Origin: Octopus sinensis
Taxonomy: Eukaryota
Assembly (NCBI RefSeq): GCF_006345805.1
Contig: NC_043003.1
Location: 18,662,001-18,726,000, forward strand
Direction: 5' to 3'
DNA: 64,000 nt
Of this stretch, positions 13,174 through 24,460 are shown piece by piece. Numbering within the stretch: the stretch's first letter is position 1; each line of letters begins with the position of its first letter. Made by a program: the position numbers and the translations under genes. The notes under the pieces were generated by a model. It worked only from the letters and a program-made list of their open reading frames with translations, was not told where the DNA came from and made no database searches.

Positions 13174-13593
13174 GTGATGGTGATTAATATGCCTCCCCAC
13201 TTCATTCTCCACTAGAATTTAGACCTTTCCCTTTGAACTTCAATGTATCATACCCAAAATACATGAAAACAGAATGCTCGATTTAGGGGTGGGTAAAGAA
13301 GACCTAAGCAAACTATGGAAAATATTATTTTAAACCAATAAGGAAAGCAATAAGAAAGATTTTCAGAGGCATTAATGAACTCAGGGGAGAGGAGGAAACA
13401 TATTATGAAAGAGAGGGGGGGATCTGTTGGCATTTTACATCTGTTTTTCCAAGCCAGTATGGGTGGGTGGAGTTCTTTGAGGCAGGGTTCTACAGTCAAA
13501 CAACCTCTTTTGGAACCAACCCTTCTATTTGCCTTTAATGACACACTGGGATGCAGTGTACCTATTCTACACCTAGAATGCACAAAGTACCCC

Positions 13594-13958
13594 AGTTGCT
13601 GCGTGGTAAGAAGTTTGCTTCCCACCCACATGATTCTGCGTTCAGTCCCACTACGTTGTACCCTAGGCAAGTGTTTCCAATGACAGTCCTGGGCAGACCA
13701 AAACCCTGTAAGTAGATTTGGTATATGGAAACTGAAAGAAGCCCATTGTGTGTGTCTTTGTGTTTGTCCTGCACCACCACTTGACAACCTGTGTTGGTTT
13801 GTTTATGTTCCTGTATTTTAGCAGTTTGACAAAAGAGTCCAATAGAATAAGTACCTGACTTCAAAATAATAAGTACCGGGGTTGATTTTGTTTAACTGAA
13901 ACTAAAAACAAACAAAAAAAAAACTTCAAGGGCAGTGCCCCAGCATGGCTGCAATCCA
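13594..13958 (+). mobile_element. Family A SINE
   Basis: A-box-like tgcgtggtaag, B-box-like ttcagtccc, body ggaaactgaaagaagccc, tail ccccagcatggc. Confidence 0.85.
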
Positions 13959-13980
13959 AGTATACACATGTGATGGATTT

Positions 13981-14135
13981 TGCCCTGGGACAACCAATAT
14001 CCTGTGAACAAATTTGTTCCCAGAACATTGGTTGCCCCAGGGCCATAGTAGTAAACACTTGCCCAACATGCCATGCAGTGGGATTGAACTTGAAACCACA
14101 TGGTTATGAAGTAGGTTTCTTTTACTCACACAGCT
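13981..14135 (-). mobile_element. Family A SINE, 5' part
   Basis: acacttgcccaacatgccatgcagtgggattgaac is the reverse complement of the family A head. Confidence 0.75.
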
Positions 14136-14895
14136 GCGTGTGTGTGCATGCATGTGTACCTATTTAGTGTTGACTGTCAGAAAAAAAAAATACTCAATAC
14201 TATAGTAGAGATTAATATCTTTATTTTGGTTAAGTCAGTCTCTTGTTACTCTGAGATTCACAAGAGAGTGCAGAGGGTCTTTCAAATATACGAAGATATG
14301 TCTTTTAAATATTTTCTTTATGTTTAATATTTAACAAAGGATGGATTCTATGGAAACATCAAATCAAAGACACCCAAGTAGTCAATACACAAACAGTTTA
14401 GTATGATTCCGTGCCTTCCCCACCACACACAAACACACACTTTTTGTATGTTTAGATATAGTTATGTCTGGTGTGCATATATGCAACATTTTCAAAGAGG
14501 TAATCTGGCAATAAATCGAAAAAGATTTATTTTACAGATTCACCAGACAAACCACCACTTAGGTGATGCATGACACAGCATTTTAACTTCACCAATGTGT
14601 AAAACAAAAAAATCACAGTAAAAACCACTAAGGTTGTAAACCTTAAATTGGTGTCATAACATTAAAATTAACAAAATAGAACACCTAATTTAATTAGTAA
14701 AATTATCAGCATTGCACAATAAATTCAGAATCTAATTAGGATTTTTCAAAGAAAAACATTTTTCCAGTGTTATTAAACAAAACAAAATACGCGCTCAATT
14801 TTTCCATAAGGAATTCAGGCGTTCATTTTCAACATGGAAATGAAATTGAATTTTTCCCAAAAGCAAAGAGTAATAAAATAGAACTGAATTTGTAC

Positions 14896-14916
14896 CTTCT
14901 CTGCTCTCAATAAAAT
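14896..14916 (-). CDS. PPFIA: Candidate alternative microexon of liprin-alpha (21 nt, ILLRAEK), phase 0-0
   Basis: cttctctttttttttag|ATTTTATTGAGAGCAGAGAAG|gtacaa: strong pyrimidine tract, AG|GT donor, 3n, no stop. No homology or transcript support. Confidence 0.4.
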
Positions 14917-14994
14917 CTAAAAAAAAAGAGAAGTTTTTAATTATTTTGACTTAAAGAGCATGTCCCCATCAAACTTCTATGATTATTCATTTAA

Positions 14995-15146
14995 CCCTTT
15001 TAAAAATATATTCTACTGAAATATACTGTTTATATGCTTTAATTAATTTTGAAAATTATCAAGAATTTGGAGAGATTTAGTAAAATAAGTTAGCATTTTG
15101 AACATAATTTAGAAGGATTTCTAACATAAATAATTATGATAGAGGG
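14995..15146. mobile_element. Degenerate TTAA-type (piggyBac) MITE
   Basis: ttaa-ccctttt left end and eroded gagggctaa right end; AT-rich core resembles the other MITEs. Confidence 0.5.
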
Positions 15147-17127
15147 CTAATCATATAAATATGAATAATTTACAACAGGCAATCTTGGAAGATCATTTCA
15201 GGTACATAGAAATTGGAGGCGGAGTAGGGTGGGGATCAGGCACTCGAAAGTGGTGGTCACTTTTTACCATGGGTCTGATAGGCCAGAGCTAAACTGTGCT
15301 AATCCACAATAACAATATTTACACACAAGCAGAAGAAATCACTACATGGTTGCTAAGCATTCTAGAAACAGCAACCGACTCTTTCCTCATATCACACCTT
15401 TTTATAGTTTTTTTCTTTATTTATCTATTCATTTTTGTAAAGGACATTTCAAATAACAGAATCCAAGATATACTACACCTGAGCTAAGACAAAAGGTAAG
15501 ACATCACAGCTGAAATGCCTTTAATCATATAGGTCTGTCCTATTAAAACTGACAATAACATCAAAACCACTCAGTTATGCACAGACAGTGCTGAATGTAT
15601 TTATAGGGGAAAGTAAATACCATATGTTCTCAAAGACAGTATGTAATGCTTATAAATAGTAAAGAAAATGTAACAGAAATAGATAAGAGCAGTGCAAAAG
15701 TATACCACATACCTCAGGTGACCAGACACATTAAAATAAAAAGTAATATACATATAAAAACAGAGAGCAGATCTTTACATGTGCAAATGTGTGACTTAGA
15801 GATTATGGTAACCAGAAGAAATGGTATAATTGATGGGCCATCATTTAAAATTTTCTTCAATGAGTAGATCTAAGTAAGAGAGAAATCGCCTACAGCTAAT
15901 GTAGTGTAGTTACTTTTCAAAGTGCTGAGATAATTGTGGTTCATGTTTAGAGTGAACTTCTCCAAGTTGATACTGAATGAAGGGATGGGCATTCATCTCT
16001 GGAGGAGAGAGATTGTTACTTAGTGTGAGGCCAACAGAATAAGTCAAAAGACAAAGTACTTCTCTAGTGAAAGTAGTTCTAAAGGAATTTTGTTGGTAAG
16101 TCATTCAAAGGGAAGAGGACTTCAAGATAGTAAAACGAATTGGAAGTTAGAGCAATGTGACTGCTTCTGTGATATTGCACATTTTAACAAAGGGAAAAAC
16201 AGGAAATTATAAAATTGCGTATGTGTGCTATTATGCATGCATGCGTGCATGCAAGAGAGACTGACAGACAGACAGAGTAGATCATTCAGAGGTAATGAAG
16301 GGGGACACGTAAAAAAAAACACTATGATGTGAAGGGAAAGAAATACCATTTCCTTATTTTTTTGCAAACAATATAATGCATAGCTGTAATATAAAAATTC
16401 TTCATCACGCACGCAAACACGTACAGCCCCTTCTGCTCATACACATGCATAATATAATGTAATACGGTATATTATATATCTTATGCAACAGAATACAAAC
16501 AAGGAAACAAATTCTGTTTAAGTTATGGTTGCAATTATATAAATACCTTTAATTAAAAAAGAATTAGGAAAAAAATCAATATTTGCAAACAGAGGCAGTA
16601 AAACGTTTTCTTTTAAAAAACCAAGTATAATGCAAGACATACTTCATAAAAGTGCAAATCTAATTTGGGGGGAAATCTCCAAAAGAGGACAATTAGGGTT
16701 CCTTTAACAACCATCATTAAAAGTAAATGGAGTGAGCTCTCACTACTACTACTACTACTACTAGTAGTAGTAGTAGTAAAGGTAGCAGTTAGAAGCTGAA
16801 GAATTACCAATTGTAATTTACTACTTAACAACTTCACACTTCTCATTATTGATATCTAGGTTAGAAATGGGGAGAGGGTGAAATAATAATCAATAAAAAC
16901 AATAAGGTAGCCAAGGTTTATAAGTGAGATGAGGAGAATTTGTGGGGAAATGTAACCAAGAATAAGAGAGGGGGAGAGGAAGAGAGAGAGAGAGAGTGGG
17001 GAGGATCCACAGTTGCATTTTGAATGATCCATTAAGTTACTGAGAGTAATTAAGCTAAATATATTAATTTCAGATGTGAGATAGAGCTAATATAACTTTG
17101 CATGTGTTTGTGTGTATATTTATGTGA

Positions 17128-17140
17128 GTGTGTGTGTATG

Positions 17141-17223
<83 letters not shown>
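17128..17223. repeat. (GT)n-(AT)n-(AG)n compound microsatellite
   Basis: Directly visible. Confidence 0.95.
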
Positions 17224-17224
<1 letters not shown>

Positions 17225-17406
17225 AACAAAACAGTTTGATTCAGACTCCTTGGTACTCTAGTGTGAGGCTAGTCTTTGGCCATTGGGGCCTGACCACAAA
17301 GTGTGTGGTTAGGCTTTGGCCATTGGGGTCAGACCCCAATGGCTGAAGACTGGCCACACGCTTGAAACTCAGAGTACCAAAGAGTCTGAATCAAACAGTT
17401 TTGTTC
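17224..17406. repeat. 183-bp imperfect inverted repeat (fold-back) with an inner perfect 12-bp hairpin
   Basis: Left arm gaacaaaacagtttgattcagactccttggtactct... pairs with right arm ...agagtaccaaagagtctgaatcaaacagttttgttc; inner gccattggggtc-a-gaccccaatggc at 17319-17343. Confidence 0.92.
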
Positions 17407-17452
17407 CATCTATCTATCTATCTATTTCTATATCCACACACACATATATATA

Positions 17453-17726
17453 TCATCATCATTTAACGTCCGTTTTCTGCGCTAGCACGGGTTAGACGGT
17501 TCGACCGGGGTCTGGGAAGCCAGGAGGCTGCACCAGGCTCCAGTCTGATCTGGCAGTGTTTCTACAGCTGGATGCCCTTCCAAATGCCAACCACTCCACG
17601 AGTGTAGTGGGTGCTTTTTACGTGCCACCAGCACAGGTGCCAGGGGAGTCTGGCAGCGGCCACGATCAGTTGGTGCTTTTAACGTGCCACCGGCACAAAA
17701 GCCAGTCAAGGCGGCACTGGCATCGT
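17453..17726 (-). mobile_element. Family C (RTE-tail) retroposon, well preserved
   Basis: (CAT)n-ttaacgtcc...gctggatgcccttccaaatgccaacc; the (GAT)n tail on the minus strand and the ggttggc..aggaagggcatcc motif are typical of RTE-clade 3' ends. Confidence 0.85.
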
Positions 17727-18145
17727 CCATTATCATTGAAGATTTGGGTATGAGAGACATGCCTGCCAAGTTTGTGCTAAAACCGCTTTCAAATTGCCAA
17801 AAAGATACTCGAGTTTCAGTAGCACAAGATCTCCTTGATTGTGTCGAGAACAATGAAAACTTTTTGAAAACTTTGTGTTGGCCTCTGAGCAAGTATCACC
17901 AAGCTTTTGACAAAATTTGATGCAGATTCTCTGCTCAACTTTCTCTGTCATTGTTAATGCAATGATCACATGCTACACACCTTCCTTCCAAGCACTGCTG
18001 TAAACAGCAAAAGTGAGCTAGGACATTAAAACTTAGTGTGCATGCACAGTAGAGTTCAAGATTAATCTGTGCCAAGCAGCTTCACTCTGCGTGCTTTAGC
18101 TTCGTTACTATGGCAACAGTCCGAATACTTATTGATCAGACCACA
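17727..18145. mobile_element. Mariner transposon relic in two oppositely oriented pieces
   Basis: Minus strand: TA+TIR-like tgtggtctgatcaataagtattcgg at 18145, then MTEKVEQRICIKFCQKLGDTCSEA. Plus strand 17727-17875: SIIIEDLGMRDMPAKFVLKPLS..QKDTRVSVAQDLLDCVENNENFLKTL, the mariner linker up to just before TGDE. Confidence 0.88.
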
Positions 18146-18154
18146 TATATCTTT

Positions 18155-18485
18155 GTGTTTTAGTTGTTTTTTTCATTGGACTGCAGCCATGTTGGGGCAC
18201 CACATTCAAGGGTTCAGTTGAACAAATGAACCCTAGTACTTAATTTGAAAGTCTGTCATTTATTCTATTAGTCCCTTTGCTGAACAACTAAGTTATGGGG
18301 ATGTAAACAAACCAACATTGGTTGTCAAATGGTAATAAGCTACCTTACAGTTTCTTTCTAACAAATTCACTCAAGGAATTGATTGACCCAGGGCTACAGT
18401 AGAATACACTTTCCAAAGGTGCCATAAAATGAGAATGAACCCAAAACGCATGGTTTCAAAGCAAGCTTCTTAACCATCCAGCCAA
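18155..18485 (-). mobile_element. Family A SINE, degenerate
   Basis: cattggactgcagccatgttggggcacc ... caagcttcttaacc. Confidence 0.75.
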
Positions 18486-21400
18486 ATTTAATTCAAGTTA
18501 CAATATATTGATAAACCTTTAGAAATATCTCTTTGTATTTAGTACTGACTAAAGTGAAACCATACATAATAAGAAGGAAAAGCACACCTGCTATGAGATA
18601 CATTCCATAGAGGATAATTCTCTCTGTTAGTCTAGTAGTAATGAAAAGTTTACTGCTTTCTCTCCAGGATTTGATATTTGTCATCCATTCTGTTGAATGG
18701 ATTTTCAAATTTGGATATTCAGTAAGAAGAAAGAAAAAAAGCTAGTGAAGAGTGGGGCTATAGTCTCTCTCTCTCTCTCCCTAGGAAGTTATGGAATTAG
18801 TGGTTAACAATTGAAAACAAAGGCAGGGGATATATTATTGCAGTTCTCTTCTTCCTATGACAGGTTTTCTAAGTCTTTTGATCTCATTCATTACTGCAGG
18901 TAGAAACAACAAAAACACAGGTTCGTTGATCTAATTCGTTAACACAGGTTAAAAACAATATAAACATTCGTAATTATAGAACAGAAATATCAACTCAGGT
19001 AACCAAATTAGTTCAATCAAATCGTCATCCCATACAATTTTCATGAAAAGCCTTTCAAATTTTAAAGGCATCTCCACTACTGTGCCTTCATTTTCGAATT
19101 TTCATTTATTATAATTTGTTATAAATGGATTATTTATTTTCTATTGGTTTTTTTTTCTTCCCTGAGAAAAGCATCTTTATTGACAGTAGTCTTTCTCCGT
19201 CTATTAGATTACAGCCTGTAACAACATGACGAAGGAAAAAATAAAAGACCACCAAATAAACTTCAGCTCTTCAAAAAAAGTTAGCTATTCTCTATCAAAA
19301 TATGACACATGGCAAAATAAAACATTAATTCATAATAACATTGTATATATTCATTTCTCTATGGATATAAAAATAACTGAAATCAATCATTAATTCATAA
19401 TAATTAGAAGCACCACCACTACCGCCACCCTGCCTTGCCAATCATAGGATATGTGAGTTTGCAAACATTAAAAAGAAATATTCGAGTTTTAGACATTTAA
19501 AATAAAAGCAAAGCTATTGTACATGAAAACTGCATTATAGTTTAGCACTGTGGAATTTTATTAATGTTTATTCAGAATTAAATCAATTCCAAGAGAAATG
19601 ATATATAATGGAAGTAGAATATGTTATGTATGCATCTACCACCCTCAGAATATATTCACACACATACACACTGCTAAATGTATGTTTGGCTGTTTTGTGA
19701 TCATAAACATGATTTCTAAATATTTACCTTCAATACATACTAGTCATCAACAAATTCCTATTTGCCACAGTTCTGTTCGAGCAGAAATTCCTATTAACTA
19801 TAACGATTCTGTACTAGCAAAAATAACTATTTAAACCATTACATTTATATCTAATGTTAATTTTTTTATGTTCAGTTATAATAAAAACAATTTTACATTA
19901 ATCTGATGGGTTACTTGATACTAATTTATTATTCTTAATCAAGAATATTGTTGACAGTAACTTTGAATTTTCAGCCAGCTAAGCTCCAGCAGTCTGACAA
20001 TGGCTTAGCTGACTGAAACTTTGAAGTCACTGTCAACAATATTCTTGTCTAAGAATTATATGTATATCATATATTATACAAGATGCACTAATGTTTTCTT
20101 AACAAACAAACAAAAAAGAAAGAAAAATAGTATAAAGTGTACAGATGCAATCTAAATGTAAACAAGAAGATATAAACTTCAAGCTTGCTACCTTGTTTTC
20201 CATACAATAAAGCTGATTAAAAGATACAGTCAGCAGTCCCAACACGACAATCCACACCCACCAAAAAAAACACAAAAAGTCTGCAACATGTTGCTTGCAT
20301 AGAAGATATTTTTTGTTGATTTTTTAAAATTAGTTTGTAGTAGGAGGGGGTAACATTCCCATGACCTTTGCAGGTTCTCCAAGACAAGCAAGATCAATGT
20401 GGTTGATATTTACTTTGAACTTCTGCTGGTGGTTGTCTGTAGAAAAAAATCTAAGCAAGGAAGAAATTCCAGGTTGCTGGTAAAAGAGTTTCATGCATGA
20501 TTTGCTGAGGAGGGTGGAAGGGAGAGGTAGGAATAGCAAGCAGAGCAACAACATGAAGAATAAGAGTGTTGTGTGGGGTTGGACAGAGGGGTGGGCAGCT
20601 TATTTGACCAAAGAAACAGAGACGGTTGTAACAAAGCTTTAAAAATAAAAAAAGGGTGGAAAAGAAACAGCCCATCTGTGAGCCAGAGGTTTTAGAAACT
20701 GAGGATTTGCCAACCCACCAAATGGTCTTCTTTAGGAAGTAATCTAAAGTGTTTGAGCGTTTAGCAGCAGAGGCAGCAGCACATCATTGGTAACCTTACG
20801 ACATTGCGTTAAAATAGCAGAGAGAGGGATGGGGACCAGTATACATGTTGCAAACATATGTAACTTCATATCTGTAGTAGCTTCAAGTTCAGGCGCACTC
20901 TACAACATAGGCACAGGCATGGCTGTATAGTTAAGAAGTTCACCTCCTAGACACATGGTTTAGGTTCAATTCCATTGCACAGCACCTTGGGTAAGTATCT
21001 TCTAAAGCCTTGTGAATGGATTTGGTTAATATTTTAAATGCAAAACAAGGTACATAGGTAGTTCAATAAACTACAGTGTCCTCTTACTAATTGACAACAG
21101 CTAGGTTAGCAAAATACCCTTTGAGATATTCAACAATTTAATGTGAAAAGGAGACTTAGATTCTGGAGAAATATAACACAAATACAAAATTGATCAGAAA
21201 GAAAAGTATGAGAAATTTTGTTCCAATGTTGGATTAACAAATGGTATAAAAATATTTGAGAAAGTAGATATCATTTTCTAAGTCTTTAAATGGAAACATT
21301 TTTTTTTTTCCAAGTTTTAAATAATTTTAACTTAAATTTATGGAAGTTATAGGAAATTCTATTTCTTTGAAAAACAGAAAAAGTTTTCACTACACTTTAA

Positions 21401-21828
21401 TGGAAGTAGTTACTACACAGAAATCATAAACTGCTAAAGATATTTCATGAAAAAAAGTTTTAAAAAGCACTAGGTTAATACACCAAGTCCCCAATAGTTA
21501 AGATAAACATATTACAGAGATGTAGTCAACTGTAACTTCAGGAAAAAACTACAAAATCTTTTTTGTTGTTTACTGAGAATATTACTTCATCTAGTTGGCA
21601 GAATTGTTAGAATGTTGGGATATAACACCTCGTATTTGTTCAAACTCTTATATTCTGAGCTCAAATTCCACCAAGGTCTACTTAACCTTTCATCTCTAAT
21701 GGGGTTGATAATGAAAAGTACCAGCCAAATACAAGGGGTTGATATAATCACCTGCCCCCTTCACCCATATGTTAAGCCTTATACCTATATTAGAAAATTA
21801 TTTCCTAAATCTAAATGAACATGTTTAA

Positions 21829-21937
21829 CCCTTTTGATACAAACACTCCTGATTCTGTGGTACAAAATTTTTCATTATTTTAAAAATTAACCGAAAGAGG
21901 AGCAGTGCATTTTCACAGAAATATGATAACAAAAGAA
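21829..21937. mobile_element. Short TTAA-flanked MITE (about 109 bp)
   Basis: ttaa-cccttttgatac ... gataacaaaagaa-ttaa; right end is the reverse complement of the MITE end at 54617. Confidence 0.65.
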
Positions 21938-21997
21938 TTAATACCTTAAGCTGTATTCTAAAACCAGTCTTAAGTTGACAAACGAAAGCAGTAATAG

Positions 21998-22380
21998 CTC
22001 TCTTTTACTTGTTTCAGTCATTTGACTGTGGCCATGCTGGAGCACCGCCTTTGGTCAAGCAAATCAACCCCAGGACTTATTCTTTGGAAGCCTAGTACAT
22101 ATTCTATCGGCCTCTTTTGCTGAAGCGCTAAGTTACGGGGATGTAAACACACCTGCATCAGTTGTCAAGCGATGTTGGGGGACAAACACAGACACATATA
22201 TATGCATATACATATATACGACAGGCTTCTTTCAGTTTCCATCTACCAAATCCACTCACAAGGCTTTGGTCGGCCCCAGGTTTATAGTAGAAAACACTTG
22301 CCCAAGGTGCCACGCAGTGGGACTGAACCCAGAACCATGTGATTGGTAAGCAAGCTACTTACCATACAGTCACTCCTGCT
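21998..22380 (-). mobile_element. Family A SINE, full length, young
   Basis: Complete head-to-tail inverse match to 29301-29737. Confidence 0.92.
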
Positions 22381-22958
22381 GTGTATAGCTTCATCATGAA
22401 AGAGACACAACTATAGAGAATACACAAGGAAGCTTCAATTTCTTACATTTAGAGGAATTACAAACTAATGTCAAAGCAAACTTATATAATTTATTGTTTG
22501 TGTCACTACTACAATCACTGATAAGAAAATGTCCTGACTTCTTTACTAAAAATTACATTAACACAGAAATGAGGGGGGAAAAAATTTAATATTTTTTTTT
22601 GTTTGCTTTGGTTTTTCATTTTGTTTGTTTATTTTAAATTTAGATAATTTTGTATAAATTATTAGAGCATATATTTTTTATTTTGCAGCCAGATACCTTT
22701 TGCAACACTAAGTAATCAATATCATGAAATTAAAGTGTTATCTGCTTCCAGCTAATTGGTTGATTAAAGTTAAACAGTATTAATGTAATTTATTTAGAAG
22801 TCAATACCAGTGACAGACTTTCAAATCAATGGATTTACACCAGTGCTCCATCTTCTAAACTCACCAATATTGCACCCAAGTAAATACATTCTACGAGACA
22901 GGCAAGATTTCATTCACCATCATTGTACACACATTATAGGCACAGATATAGTTGTTGT

Positions 22959-23265
22959 CATCATCATCATCATTGTTTAACGTCTGCTTTCCATGCTAGC
23001 ATGGGTTGGACAATTTGACTGAGGTCTGGCGAACCAGATGGCTGCACCAGACTCCATTCTGATCTGGCAGAGTTTCTACAGCTGGATGCCCTTCCTAACG
23101 CCAACCGCTCCGAGAGTGCAGTGGGTGCGTTTACATGCCACCAGCACGAGGGCCAGTCAGGCGGTACTGGCAATGGCCACGCTCAAATGGTGCTTTTTAT
23201 GTGCCACCTGCACAGGAGCCAGTCCAGCAGCACTGGCAATGACCTCACTTGAATGCCACCAGCAC
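22959..23265 (-). mobile_element. Family C (RTE-tail) retroposon, young
   Basis: (CAT)n-tgtttaacgtctgctttccatgctagcatgggttgg...ggatgcccttcctaacgccaacc. Confidence 0.88.
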
Positions 23266-23279
23266 AAGTGCCAGGTGAA

Positions 23280-23610
23280 CAATTTTATTTCACAACCCTG
23301 TGAATTCAAGTGCATAAGGGTTTTATACGATGGGCCAAAGCCTAACAATGCTCTGTGAGTGAATAAGGGGCATGTTTACTGAACAAAAGCCTGTCGTGTG
23401 TGTGTGTGTGTGTGTGCGTAATATGATGAACTCTCTTGTCATAAACAACAGATGAGGGTTCCGTACCTTTCGCCCAAGAACCTAAACAGATGATTTCTTT
23501 ACAGCGATCAAATGCGTGTGCTGTACATGAGCTCACACTCTCTATCAAACTGACATTATCTGTGAGGGCTCGTGGTGTGCAATACATCAGGTGTCAAAGT
23601 GATCACAGAT
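23280..23610 (-). mobile_element. Family E-related SINE body
   Basis: Inverse match to 26460-26640 (atcactttgacacctga...gataatgtca.tttgat.gagag.gtgagct). Confidence 0.65.
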
Positions 23611-23714
23611 TAAACTGAGAATATCAGACTTGACCTCCTGTACAAATGTATACGCATGTGTGCACACATGCACATTTATATGAACGATTACATGCTGCAA
23701 GATGTACACACTGA

Positions 23715-24460
23715 TTGCAACCTCTGTCCTCAGCTGGTACTTATTTTACTGATCCTAAAAGGCTGAAAGGCAACCTCAGTAACATTTCAGCTCAGAATGT
23801 AAAGCCAAAAGAAATGCTGCTCAGTATTCTGTCTGGCATCTTAAAAATCTTATCAACTGACCACCTTAATAATAATAATAATAATAATAGCACAGGGTTA
23901 GTAATTACTGGTACATATTTTATTGACCCCGAAAGAATGGAAGGCAAAGTCGATCTCAGCAGAATTTGAACTCAGAACTTAAAAGCAAATTAAGTGCTGC
24001 TAAGCATTTTGCCAGGCATGCTAATGATTCTGCCAGCTAGCCACCTTAATAATAATAAAAATAATAATAATAATAATCCTTTCTACTATAGGCACAAGGC
24101 CTGAAATTTGTGGGGAGGGGTAAGTCGACCACATCAACCCCAGTGTTTCTACTGGTACTTAATTTATTGACCCCGAAAGAATGAAAGGCAAAGTCAACCT
24201 CAACGGAGTTTGAACTCAGAATGTATTGATGGGCGAAATGCCACTAAGAATTTTGCCTGCCATGCTAACAATTCTGCCAACTTGCCACTTTAATAATAAT
24301 AATAATCTTTTTTTTTTTTTTTTTGTAGGCACAAGGCCTGAAATTTGGTGGGAGGGAGCTAGTCAACTGCATCAACCCCAGTACTCAACAGGGTACTTAT
24401 TTTATTGACCCTGAAAGCAAGAAAGATAAAGTCAACTTTTGGCAGAATTTGGACTCAATA
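23715..24460 (-). mobile_element. Head-to-tail array of about 4 family B SINE copies separated by (AAT)n
   Basis: Repeated ttattgaccccgaaagaatgaaaggcaaagtc ... gaactcagaa ... ctaagcattttgcc units. Confidence 0.85.

Noticed and set aside
14160-14173. 14-nt microexon-like segment (T10ctgacag ... AG|gtacac)
   Set aside because: Not a multiple of 3, and it sits at a SINE edge.
15713-15869. Exon-like segment with acceptor ctcttacttag and strong donor GAG|gtatgt
   Set aside because: 157 nt (not 3n), ends in an in-frame TGA, and the peptide reads like intronic T-rich sequence. A poison exon cannot be excluded but has no support.
18840-19260. Two pyrimidine-tract acceptors (about 19216 and 18895) on the minus strand
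   Set aside because: Phase-0 reading hits a stop within a few codons, and there is no matching donor.
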